In this document: positions 44,715 through 53,079 of the stretch, piece by piece | Position numbering within the stretch: position 1 is the stretch's first letter | How the letters are laid out: every line of letters begins with the position of its first letter | Source: Clostridia bacterium | GTDB taxonomy: Bacteria; Bacillota; Clostridia; Christensenellales; CAG-138 | DNA length: 64,000 nucleotides | Assembly: GCA_030533005.1 (NCBI GenBank) | Contig: JAUNJX010000006.1 | Location: 14,146 to 78,145 of the forward strand | Reading direction: 5' to 3' | Translations under genes and position numbers: made by a program | Notes under the pieces: generated by a model | The model's database searches: none | The model's input: the letters and a program-made list of their open reading frames with translations, nothing else | What the model was told of the DNA's origin: nothing

Positions 44715-45590
44715 TTACTGTACTGCATGCTGCTTCAGCCACGCTTGCAGCGCGTCGGCGCATTTGCGATTGGATTCTTCAAACGCTTCCGGCGATTCCG
44801 CAAGCTCCGGGAACAGCGTATTGAAGGAATCAAAGGCCGTGCTCTTGCCGTCCTTAAAATAGAGCAGAGAGGGCGTGCCGCGAATGCCCAGCGCCGCCTT
44901 GACGCCGTCCCACGTCTCCTGCGCGCCGTCCACCCTGTTGTTGATAGCCGTTTCATAGTCCTGCGTATAGAAATAATATGCGGGCGCCTGCAAGGCCGCG
45001 GAAGCAAGCACGCTTGTCAGATTCGGCGTGAACAGGCGGCACTGCGGGCAGGTGTCCCTGCCGATGTAGAGAAGAAACGCCTCGCCGCTTTGGATCTTTT
45101 GCTGCACCTGCTCGTAGGTCACGATGGTCATGCCGTGATCGTGGGGTGAAACAAGCCCGTTTTCAAAGAAGCGGTTGAAAACGACGCTTATATCGTTGCG
45201 GGAATCCCCCGATAGCAAGGTGGCCTCCTGCCCGCGGAAAAGCACCACGCCAAACAGGTTGCCGCCCAGTATCTCCTTTGCGTCCTTGTAGTCGTCGATG
45301 GGCATGGTATAAAAGCCGCATTGGAGAAGCTCTGCATATTCCGTGACCAGCACGGAAAGCGCCGCTTGCAGCTGCGTTTCCATCTCGCTGTTCCTTTTGC
45401 CGATGAAATAAACGGCAACCGGCTCGTTCGTCTCGCGCAGCGCGTCCAGCTCCTTCGCCGTGATGGCGCCGCCCACCGTCGGGACGCCCGTACCCGTCGC
45501 CTGCGGCGCGGCGCCCGGCGTCGCACAGCCCGCAACGCACAGCAGCAGCATAGCCAATATCATCAAGCTCGCTCGTTTTCCAAATCGCAT
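44715..45590 (-). CDS. thioredoxin-fold lipoprotein
   Basis: 291 aa with lipobox LCVAGC and a redox motif GRDTCPQCRLF in the C-terminal thioredoxin-like domain. Confidence 0.75.
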   Translation of the reverse strand: MRFGKRASLMILAMLLLCVAGCATPGAAPQATGTGVPTVGGAITAKELDALRETNEPVAVYFIGKRNSEMETQLQAALSVLVTEYAELLQCGFYTMPIDDYKDAKEILGGNLFGVVLFRGQEATLLSGDSRNDISVVFNRFFENGLVSPHDHGMTIVTYEQVQQKIQSGEAFLLYIGRDTCPQCRLFTPNLTSVLASAALQAPAYYFYTQDYETAINNRVDGAQETWDGVKAALGIRGTPSLLYFKDGKSTAFDSFNTLFPELAESPEAFEESNRKCADALQAWLKQHAVQ

Positions 45591-45681
45591 AAGGCGCCTC
45601 CCTATCCTTCACCAAGGTTGGTTTTCATCATTATAGCAGATACGCGCACGGCTCGCAATTCCATGGGAGCCCGCCGCATCT

Positions 45682-46443
45682 TTATTGCCCCTTCCGCGAC
45701 GCGATCAGCATTTGTATTTCGTTGTCCGAGGCGGGCTTGCCCGAAAAATCCGCGAATACATCCGTCACCTCCATATGCCGCGCCCGGAGGATGGCGTCTA
45801 TCTCCGCCTCGCCGTACAGCCGCGTCGGATTTCCTTCTTCGATGGCGACGCGGGGCAGACGCGCGCCGTAGGCGACGTCGCATTGCCCATAGAGCATGAT
45901 CCGGCTTTGCTTATCCCACTCGAACCTGGAGAGGGTAAGCCCGTTTTCCCCCGCATCCCAAAGCTGGCAGGGAAAGTGCGTATCGGCGTAGCCCGCGTTC
46001 ATGATATCCATAAAATGCCTGCCGCCCGGCTTGAGCGCGCGTGATGCGACGTCGAATATCCTGAGGTTTTCCGCATCGTTTTCCAAATACCCTATCGCAC
46101 CGTCCGCCATATTGAGAACCACGTCGAATTCACCCGCAAACGTTACGTCGCGGATATCCGAGAGGATAAAGCGCGCATCCAGCCCCTCCCGCTTGGCCTG
46201 TTCCGCCGCGTCCGCAACATAAGCTGGGGTAATATCCACGCCCGTCACAAAAAACCCACGCCGCGCAAAGGCCAGCGCATGCCTGCCAAAGCCGCACGCC
46301 AGATCCAGTATCCGCTCATGCCCCTTTAGCTGCAGCGTCCTGCAGATGAAATCCACCTGCCGCGCCGTATCCTCCACCCATGACTGCGCCTTGATGTCCA
46401 ACGACCATATCCTCTTATACCAATCGCTTTCCGCCGCACGCAT
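45682..46443 (-). CDS. class I SAM-dependent methyltransferase
   Basis: 253 aa with motif I ILDLACGFGRHA and an acidic loop GVDIT. Confidence 0.85.
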   Translation of the reverse strand: MRAAESDWYKRIWSLDIKAQSWVEDTARQVDFICRTLQLKGHERILDLACGFGRHALAFARRGFFVTGVDITPAYVADAAEQAKREGLDARFILSDIRDVTFAGEFDVVLNMADGAIGYLENDAENLRIFDVASRALKPGGRHFMDIMNAGYADTHFPCQLWDAGENGLTLSRFEWDKQSRIMLYGQCDVAYGARLPRVAIEEGNPTRLYGEAEIDAILRARHMEVTDVFADFSGKPASDNEIQMLIASRKGQ

Positions 46444-46765
46444 ACCCTATCACTTCCCCCTTTGGAAAAAGCTTTTCTGTCCAAAGAGTATAGCTTATCT
46501 CTCCGCCATGCGCAACGTGGGCGCGCAGCGCGCTTCCGCCGATCCTCCATCTTAACGACGATCGTTAAGGCTTTGTATGAAAGATAGGCTTTTAGCCTTT
46601 TTCCCCTCCCGCCGCGTTCAGAAGGCGTCGTTTTTTGCTGTTTTACACCCATTTCACGTTTTCTGCCGTTGTGCAAACGGCGGAAACCTTATATAATAAA
46701 AAGTAATAGCAACACAGAACATATCCGCAAACGAATGTACAAACGAAAGGAGGGGATCGTATCGA

Positions 46766-48298
46766 ATGAAGTTTTCTCATAACACAATTCTAATGGAAAA
46801 GTTAAGCGAGGCACTGAAATCCGTATTACCGGTCGCCATGATTCTTTTTCTGCTGTGCTTTAGCATCGTGCCCGTACCCAACAGCATCCTGATGTCCTTT
46901 GTGGTCGGCACCATTCTGCTCATCGTCGGCATGGGACTTTTCACCTTGGGAACCGACCTTGCCATGACGCCCATAGGCGAACATATAGGCTCCGCCGTGT
47001 CGCGCTCCCGCAGCATGTGGCAGATCGTCGCCATCAGCCTTTTGGTGGGCGTAATGATCACCATTTCAGAGCCTGATCTGCATGTGCTCGCCCAGCAGGT
47101 GCCCAACATCCCCAACGCCGTCATCATTGGCGCCGTATCGGCGGGCGTGGGCGTATTCCTGGTAATTGCGATGCTGCGCATCTTTCTGCGCGTGCCGCTG
47201 CAATACCTGCTGATCGGCTTTTACATCGTCGTTTTCATACTGGCGAAATTCGTGCCAAGGGAATATCTCTCCACCGCCTTTGACTCCGGCGGCGTCACCA
47301 CGGGTCCTATGACGGTGCCCTTCATCATGGCGCTGGGCGTGGGCGTCGCCATGAGCCGCAGCGACGGAAACGCGCAGGAGGACAGCTTCGGCCTTGTCGC
47401 GCTCTGCTCCATAGGCCCTATCCTTGCCGTGCTTTTCCTGGGCATATTTTACCGCACCGGCGGCGGGGCGTATGCCCCCGTTTCCGTACCGGATATCGAA
47501 AACTCGCGGGAGCTGTGGAGGCTTTTTGCTATTGCCTTCCCCGCATATTTCAAGGAGGTCGCTATAGCGCTCCTTCCCATCGCGCTGTTCTTTGCGCTCT
47601 TTCAGGTCGTAAAGCTGCACGTTCCCAAAACGGAGCTTTTGCGCATCGGCGTGGGCATGCTCTACACCTATTTGGGGCTGGTGCTCTTTCTTACGGGCGC
47701 AAACGTGGGCTTCATGCCGCTTGGCAACTATGTCGGGCAGCTGATAGGGAATCTTCCCAACAATTGGATCATCATACCCATCGGCATGGTCATAGGTTAT
47801 TTTATTGTAAGCGCGGAGCCTGCCGTGCATGTGCTCAACAAGCAGGTGGAGGAAATGACCTCGGGCGCGATCCCGCACCGTGCGATGGGTCTGAGCCTGT
47901 CCGTCGGCGTGGCCGTATCCGTGGGGCTTGCCATGATGCGGGTGCTGACGGGACTTCCCATCATGTACCTGCTGATCCCGGGATACGCGATCTCCCTGCT
48001 TTTGAGCTTTTTTGTGCCGCCCATCTTCACCTCCATCGCGTTTGACTCGGGCGGCGTAGCCTCAGGCCCCATGACGGCAACCTTCCTGCTGCCGCTTGCG
48101 ATGGGGCTGTGCACAGCCGTGGGCGGCAACGTGGCGGTAGACGCTTTCGGCGTGGTCGCCATGGTCGCCATGACGCCGCTGATCACCATTCAGATCATGG
48201 GTCTTATCTTCAAGCTGCGCGCGCAGAAAACGGTGAAGGAGCCCGAAAAAACCGAGCAGGAAGAACAGATCATCACCTTTGAGGAGGATGCAGAATGA
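46766..48298 (+). CDS. DUF1538 membrane protein (two DUF1538 repeats)
   Basis: 510-aa polytopic protein. The internally duplicated motif FDSGGVTTGPMTVPFIMALG / FDSGGVASGPMTATFLLPLA is as remembered for DUF1538. Confidence 0.8.
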   Translation: MKFSHNTILMEKLSEALKSVLPVAMILFLLCFSIVPVPNSILMSFVVGTILLIVGMGLFTLGTDLAMTPIGEHIGSAVSRSRSMWQIVAISLLVGVMITISEPDLHVLAQQVPNIPNAVIIGAVSAGVGVFLVIAMLRIFLRVPLQYLLIGFYIVVFILAKFVPREYLSTAFDSGGVTTGPMTVPFIMALGVGVAMSRSDGNAQEDSFGLVALCSIGPILAVLFLGIFYRTGGGAYAPVSVPDIENSRELWRLFAIAFPAYFKEVAIALLPIALFFALFQVVKLHVPKTELLRIGVGMLYTYLGLVLFLTGANVGFMPLGNYVGQLIGNLPNNWIIIPIGMVIGYFIVSAEPAVHVLNKQVEEMTSGAIPHRAMGLSLSVGVAVSVGLAMMRVLTGLPIMYLLIPGYAISLLLSFFVPPIFTSIAFDSGGVASGPMTATFLLPLAMGLCTAVGGNVAVDAFGVVAMVAMTPLITIQIMGLIFKLRAQKTVKEPEKTEQEEQIITFEEDAE

Positions 48299-48984
48299 AC
48301 GCATTTCGATGGTTGCTACTCGTCGCCCGCCGGGATCAAAGCGAGGCGTACATAGATTGTCTGACAAGAAACGGCGCCGGGATGGTGTTCGGCTCTCTCT
48401 GTCAGGGCGCCGCCAAGGAAAAGACGCTAGATCTATTGGGGCTGGAGGCAAAGGAAAAGGTGCTGCTTTCCACGCTGGTCTCCCTGCAAAGCGCACGGAC
48501 GCTGATGCGCCGTTTGGTCAGTGAAATGCGCATCGACGCGCCCAACAGCGGCATCGCGCTGAGCGTCAACGTAAACGGCGTCAGCGGCACGTCGGCGCTG
48601 CATTATCTGTGCGGCGACCGTTTGATTCAGGAAGGAGATGTAAACGAAATGAAGGATCATCCTTATTCTCTTATCATTGCCATCGCGGACAAGGGACAAT
48701 CGGAGCTGGTGCTGGACGCGGCTCGCAGCGCGGGCGCTTCCGGCGGTACGCTCATCTACGCCAAGGAGATCGGCGCAAACCCCGGCATGAAGTTTTTCGG
48801 CGTTTCCATCGCGGAGGAAAAAGAGCATATCTATCTTGTGGTTTCCGCTGCCAAACGCGACGGCGTGCTGCGCGCGATCATGGACAAGGCGGGCGTCCAC
48901 TCCCCCGCCCATGCCGTAGCCTTCTCGCTGCCGGTAGACAAGGCCGTAGGGCTGACAATCCCCACGGAGGAGGACGAACAGTAA
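48295..48984 (+). CDS. tandem P-II-like (GlnB-fold) protein
   Basis: 229 aa sharing a 4-nt ATGA overlap with the DUF1538 gene. Two ~100-aa halves each resemble P-II family proteins (…LLLVARRDQSEAYIDCL…; …LIIAIADKGQSELVLDAARSAGASGGT…). Confidence 0.65.
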   Translation: MNAFRWLLLVARRDQSEAYIDCLTRNGAGMVFGSLCQGAAKEKTLDLLGLEAKEKVLLSTLVSLQSARTLMRRLVSEMRIDAPNSGIALSVNVNGVSGTSALHYLCGDRLIQEGDVNEMKDHPYSLIIAIADKGQSELVLDAARSAGASGGTLIYAKEIGANPGMKFFGVSIAEEKEHIYLVVSAAKRDGVLRAIMDKAGVHSPAHAVAFSLPVDKAVGLTIPTEEDEQ

Positions 48985-49000
48985 CCGCAACGCCAAGGCA

Positions 49001-49031
49001 AAGACCGCTCATGCCACGAGCGGTCTTTTTT
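49001..49031 (+). terminator. intrinsic terminator
   Basis: AAGACCGCTC-N7-GAGCGGTCTT followed by TTTTT. Confidence 0.75.
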
Positions 49032-49041
49032 CTGTGGGCGG

Positions 49042-49070
49042 TTGCAAAAAAGGACAACATACATTACAAT
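49042..49070 (+). promoter_or_regulatory. sigma-A type promoter
   Basis: TTGCAA-17 nt-TACAAT, upstream of the DMT-like gene. Confidence 0.5.
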
Positions 49071-49124
49071 AAACCCCATCGCGCGGCTTTGCCCGCGCGT
49101 TTACCCGAGAGGAGCTAAACGCAC

Positions 49125-49550
49125 ATGTGGAATTTACTTTGGCCGATCATGACGGTCGTGGCGGCAAATTGCCTGTATAACATCTGCACCAAGCAAACGC
49201 CCGGCGACGTCAACGCGTTTGCGTCTTTAAGCGTCACCTACCTGATCGCCTCCGCCCTTTCCGTGGCCGCTTTCTTCCTCTCCCATGCGCACAAAAGCTA
49301 CCTACAGGAGATCAGCAGGCTCAATTGGACGTCTATAGCGCTGGGTCTGTCCATCGTGGCGCTGGAATTCGGCTACATCAGCATCTATCGAGCCGGGTGG
49401 AAGGTAAGCCTCGGCTCTCTGGTCGCCAACATCAGCCTTGCCTGCATCCTGCTCTTTGTCGGACTGTTGTTTTATAAGGAAACGCTCTCGCCCAAGCAAC
49501 TGCTCGGCATGGCTGTGTGCGTAGTCGGGCTGATCCTTTTAGGCGAATGA
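49125..49550 (+). CDS. small DMT/EamA-like membrane protein
   Basis: 141 aa with 4-5 TM helices and an EamA-like half-transporter pattern. Confidence 0.6.
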   Translation: MWNLLWPIMTVVAANCLYNICTKQTPGDVNAFASLSVTYLIASALSVAAFFLSHAHKSYLQEISRLNWTSIALGLSIVALEFGYISIYRAGWKVSLGSLVANISLACILLFVGLLFYKETLSPKQLLGMAVCVVGLILLGE

Positions 49551-49566
49551 ACGGAGGGTATGCAAC

Positions 49567-50727
49567 ATGACAGGCTTGCTTTTAGCGGTGATCTACCTGT
49601 CCTTTATCAGCCTAGGTCTGCCCGATTCCCTGCTGGGCGCCGCATGGCCCACGATGTATGGCGGGTTTGGCGTGCCCGTTTCGTATGCGGGCATGGTTTC
49701 CATGATCATTGCCGCGGGCACGATCGTATCCAGCCTGCAAAGCGACAGGCTCACCAAAAAGCTCGGCGCAGGGAAGGTCACGGCGCTGAGCGTGGCGCTC
49801 ACCGCCGCAGCCCTCTTTGGTTTTTCTATCAGCCATTCCTTCTGGATGCTGTGCCTATGGGCGATCCCTTACGGCCTTGGCGCCGGAAGCGTAGACGCCT
49901 CGCTCAACAACTATGTCGCGCTGCACTACGCAAGCCGCCATATGAGCTGGCTGCATTGCATGTGGGGCATCGGCGCCTCCGCAGGCCCTTACATCATGGG
50001 ATATGCGCTAACCGGCGGACAGGGCTGGAACCTCGGCTATCGCTATGTCGCCATATTGCAGGTCGTTTTGACCGCCATACTGTTTTTCAGCCTGCCGCTT
50101 TGGAAAAGCCGCCCCGCCGCAACGGATGAATGCGGCGCAGCAGCGCAGGCACTCACCCTGCGGCAGATATGCATGATCCCGGGCGCAAAGGCGATCATGA
50201 TCACGTTTTTCTGCTATTGTGCTTTGGAGCAGACCGCCGGGCTTTGGGCCAGCAGCTATCTGGTGCTGCATACCGGGCTGTCCCCGGAGACAGCCGCCAA
50301 CTATGCTAGCCTTTTCTTTATCGGCATCACAGCCGGCCGCGCGCTGAGCGGTTTTTTGACGTTCAAGCTCAACGACGCGCAGATGATACGCCTCGGGCAA
50401 GGGATCATCGCAGCCGGCCTTGCAGCGCTCCTGCTGCCCTTCGGCGCGGCTTCCTCCCTCGCCGGCCTGATCCTCGTCGGCCTTGGCTGCGCGCCGATCT
50501 ATCCCTGCATCATCCACTCCACGCCGGAACACTTCGGCGCAGAAAACTCGCAGGCCATCATAGGCGTGCAGATGGCCAGCGCCTATATCGGCATCTGCGT
50601 GATGCCGCCGTTGTTTGGCCTGATCGCCGGCCATATCAGCGTTGCGCTGTTCCCTGCATATCTGTTTTTGATACTGGGCTTCATGGTCTTTACACACGAA
50701 AGGCTGCTGCGGCAAAGCCACGCATAG
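49567..50727 (+). CDS. MFS transporter
   Basis: 386 aa with ~12 TM helices. Confidence 0.85.
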   Translation: MTGLLLAVIYLSFISLGLPDSLLGAAWPTMYGGFGVPVSYAGMVSMIIAAGTIVSSLQSDRLTKKLGAGKVTALSVALTAAALFGFSISHSFWMLCLWAIPYGLGAGSVDASLNNYVALHYASRHMSWLHCMWGIGASAGPYIMGYALTGGQGWNLGYRYVAILQVVLTAILFFSLPLWKSRPAATDECGAAAQALTLRQICMIPGAKAIMITFFCYCALEQTAGLWASSYLVLHTGLSPETAANYASLFFIGITAGRALSGFLTFKLNDAQMIRLGQGIIAAGLAALLLPFGAASSLAGLILVGLGCAPIYPCIIHSTPEHFGAENSQAIIGVQMASAYIGICVMPPLFGLIAGHISVALFPAYLFLILGFMVFTHERLLRQSHA

Positions 50728-50766
50728 ACCTTTCAAAGATAGCTGCGCCTTGTAAAAGATATGAAA

Positions 50767-50795
50767 TTGACTTTGCTGACGGCAGGTGGTATACT
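50767..50795 (+). promoter_or_regulatory. sigma-A type promoter of the Mn riboswitch-mntP unit
   Basis: TTGACT-17 nt-TATACT. Confidence 0.6.
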
Positions 50796-50802
50796 ATTTT
50801 CA

Positions 50803-50925
50803 CTTCATGAGGGAGTAGTCGGCGCAGTCCCCTGCGCGGCAAGCCAACATACTGGCCGTTTCGGTCTGGCTTTTCTTAAATGACAAGACTCATGTATGGC
50901 GATTGCCATACTTGGGTCTTTTTTA
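50803..50925 (+). promoter_or_regulatory. yybP-ykoY: yybP-ykoY (Mn2+) riboswitch with terminator expression platform
   Basis: Conserved blocks GGGAGUAG, GCCAACAUAC and GACAAGAC. P1 is CAUGAG/CUCAUG. The terminator AGACTCATGTATGGC-N3-GCCATACTTGGGTCT plus TTTTTT shares the 3' P1 strand. It lies directly upstream of mntP. Confidence 0.85.
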
Positions 50926-50960
50926 TACACAAGCATGCGTACAATCCAAGGGAGGTATAT

Positions 50961-51530
50961 ATGGGATTCTATGAGCTGTTTTTGATCGCGGTGGGTCTAT
51001 CCATGGATGCGTTCGCCGTCGCCGTGTGCAAGGGCTTGAACATGCCAAGGCTCAACTACAGGCAGGGCGTCGTGATCGCCCTGTTCTTCGGCGTATTTCA
51101 GGCGGTCATGCCATTGATCGGCTGGTTTTTGGGGCAGCAGTTCGCATCCAGCATCAGCGCGTTCGATCATTGGATCGCTTTCGCGCTGCTATCCTTCATC
51201 GGCGGCAAAATGATCCTGGAGGCGCTGAAAAAAGATACGGGCGATGAGGCTTCGGCGCGGTTCGATCTCACGGAGATCCTGATTCTGGCCATCGCCACCA
51301 GCATCGACGCGCTTGCCGTGGGCATCACCTTCGCGTTTCTCAACGTCAGCATCGGTTCTTCCGTATGTTTGATCGGCGCGACCACGTTTGTGCTGTCCTT
51401 CATCGGCGTGCTGGTAGGGCACAAATTCGGCGCAAAATACAAGAACAAGGCGGAGCTCTTTGGCGGCGTCATACTCGTGCTCATCGGCGTCAAGATACTA
51501 TTGGAGCACCTTGGCGTGATCGGCTTTTAA
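50961..51530 (+). CDS. mntP: manganese efflux pump MntP
   Basis: ATG at 50961 after a GGGAGG RBS. MGFYELFLIAVGLSMDAFAVAV... and ...IATSIDALAVG... are MntP repeats. Confidence 0.9.
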   Translation: MGFYELFLIAVGLSMDAFAVAVCKGLNMPRLNYRQGVVIALFFGVFQAVMPLIGWFLGQQFASSISAFDHWIAFALLSFIGGKMILEALKKDTGDEASARFDLTEILILAIATSIDALAVGITFAFLNVSIGSSVCLIGATTFVLSFIGVLVGHKFGAKYKNKAELFGGVILVLIGVKILLEHLGVIGF

Positions 51531-51565
51531 GCATCCCGCAAGCCCTTTTCTTTTATCACGCCCGG

Positions 51566-52435
51566 TCAGCTTGCTTCGCCGCTTTTTATAAGCGTTGCGA
51601 TAACCAGCTCGGGCGGGTTGTTGATCCGCAGGGGAACGATGCTGCGCCCCAAGCCCCGGCTTACGATCATGGTCGTGCTGCCGCTTGTAAAGCTGCCCGC
51701 CGCATAACGGGGGAAAAATCCCTGATTCGGCGCGAATACGCCGCCGCTAAACGGAATTCTCCATTGTCCGCCATGGGCGTGCCCGCAAAATGCCAGCTCC
51801 ACGCCCGCCTCACAATAGGTCTTGAACAGCTCCGGCCTGTGCGAAAGCAAAACGGTATACGCATCCTGTGCGTCAAGCTGCCGCAGCACACGCAGTTCAT
51901 CTTGCATATCTTCATAGGGATTTTCCACAGCGCGAAACGCGGGATCGTCCAGCCCGATGAGCTGTATCGTTTCTCCGCCGCGATAAAGACGCGCCGGCGC
52001 ATCATGCAGCACATGCACGCCCGCTTCTTCCATTTGCGCTTCCAGCGTCTTGTACGCGCCGTGATACAGGCGCGCCTCATGATTGCCCGTCACATAATAG
52101 ACCGGCGCGATGGCGGCAGCCTGCCGCATCGCTTGCATCGCTGCGTCCACATCCGTATGCCGGGAATCGATCAAATCGCCCGTCACCACGATGATATCCG
52201 GCGCTGCGTCTTTGAGCTTTGCGATCAAGCGCTGCTGCTGTTTTCCAAAGCGGGTATTGTGTAGATCCGAAAGCTGTGCAATGGCAAACCCGTCAAACGC
52301 ATCAGGAATGCGGGCGTCCTCTATAAAAAAGCGAGTTGTGCCGATGGCCGTATTGCCCCGATAAAGCCATACGCCCGCAAGGGCAAGCAGCGCCGCGATG
52401 CACAGCATACGAAAAACCGGCCTGTATCGGTTCAC
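51566..52435 (-). CDS. membrane-anchored metallophosphoesterase (YkuE-like)
   Basis: 289 aa with motifs LSDLH, VTGDL, GNHE and GHAHGG. Confidence 0.85.
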   Translation of the reverse strand: MNRYRPVFRMLCIAALLALAGVWLYRGNTAIGTTRFFIEDARIPDAFDGFAIAQLSDLHNTRFGKQQQRLIAKLKDAAPDIIVVTGDLIDSRHTDVDAAMQAMRQAAAIAPVYYVTGNHEARLYHGAYKTLEAQMEEAGVHVLHDAPARLYRGGETIQLIGLDDPAFRAVENPYEDMQDELRVLRQLDAQDAYTVLLSHRPELFKTYCEAGVELAFCGHAHGGQWRIPFSGGVFAPNQGFFPRYAAGSFTSGSTTMIVSRGLGRSIVPLRINNPPELVIATLIKSGEAS

Positions 52436-53079
52436 TTTGCAGTCTTGCCGGCCTTTTTGATTGGATGCCGGATCACGGTTTTGCGTTTTGCCGCGTCGCC
52501 CTTTCTGGGATCGGACAAATAGATCTCGTGATGCAGCCTTGCATCCGTCATATCGTTCACATAGCCTTGCTTTCGGAGGTAATCGTCCATCAGCGCTACG
52601 GTGGCCGGTTCGTCGTCAAAGCTGCCGATGTGCATGATCTGCACGCACAAGCCTTCCTCAATCGTAAGATACTCCGCCTTGGAGCAATCCATTTTCTTTT
52701 TTCTTTCCGCCTCCGCCACAGCCCAAGCGAAATCCGCCTCGGTAATAAAGTCGGGGAGGCGTATCACGGATATCCAGTTGAATTTCTCCTTGCTGGCGTA
52801 ATCCACGCCGTCCATGCCCTCCTGCCACCAAAAACCCTCCAGCGGCGGCACGACGTAATCAAAATACCCGTCGATCTTATGGTCGCCCTTATAGCTCATT
52901 TTCAGCGTATAAGCTATGGCATACAAAACGCCCACCGCCTGCTGATACGCGCCGCCCTCCTCGTTGGGATTGCCGCTGCCGCGCACGGCGATATAGCGCA
53001 TGACGGGCACCTCTACGATCTCCGGCTTGTTTTTCGGCTGATAGAATTCTTTGTATTCTTTTTTATAATCAAATGCCAT
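52432..53079 (-). CDS. GyrI-like small-molecule-binding domain protein
   Basis: I prefer the start at 53079 ([25 protein letters not shown]...), a typical N-terminus for this family. Confidence 0.75.
   Translation of the reverse strand: MAFDYKKEYKEFYQPKNKPEIVEVPVMRYIAVRGSGNPNEEGGAYQQAVGVLYAIAYTLKMSYKGDHKIDGYFDYVVPPLEGFWWQEGMDGVDYASKEKFNWISVIRLPDFITEADFAWAVAEAERKKKMDCSKAEYLTIEEGLCVQIMHIGSFDDEPATVALMDDYLRKQGYVNDMTDARLHHEIYLSDPRKGDAAKRKTVIRHPIKKAGKTAK

Noticed and set aside
46444-46765. 320-bp non-coding region with several hairpins (CTTAACGA-CGA-TCGTTAAG at ~46551, AGGCT-TTT-AGCCT plus T-run at ~46587, CCGTT-GTGCA-AACGG at ~46660), considered as a riboswitch in front of the DUF1538 gene
   Set aside because: It has no resemblance to any riboswitch core I know. 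The hairpins are short, and the region also has to hold the divergent methyltransferase promoter (TTGCGC-17-TATACT). I leave it unassigned.
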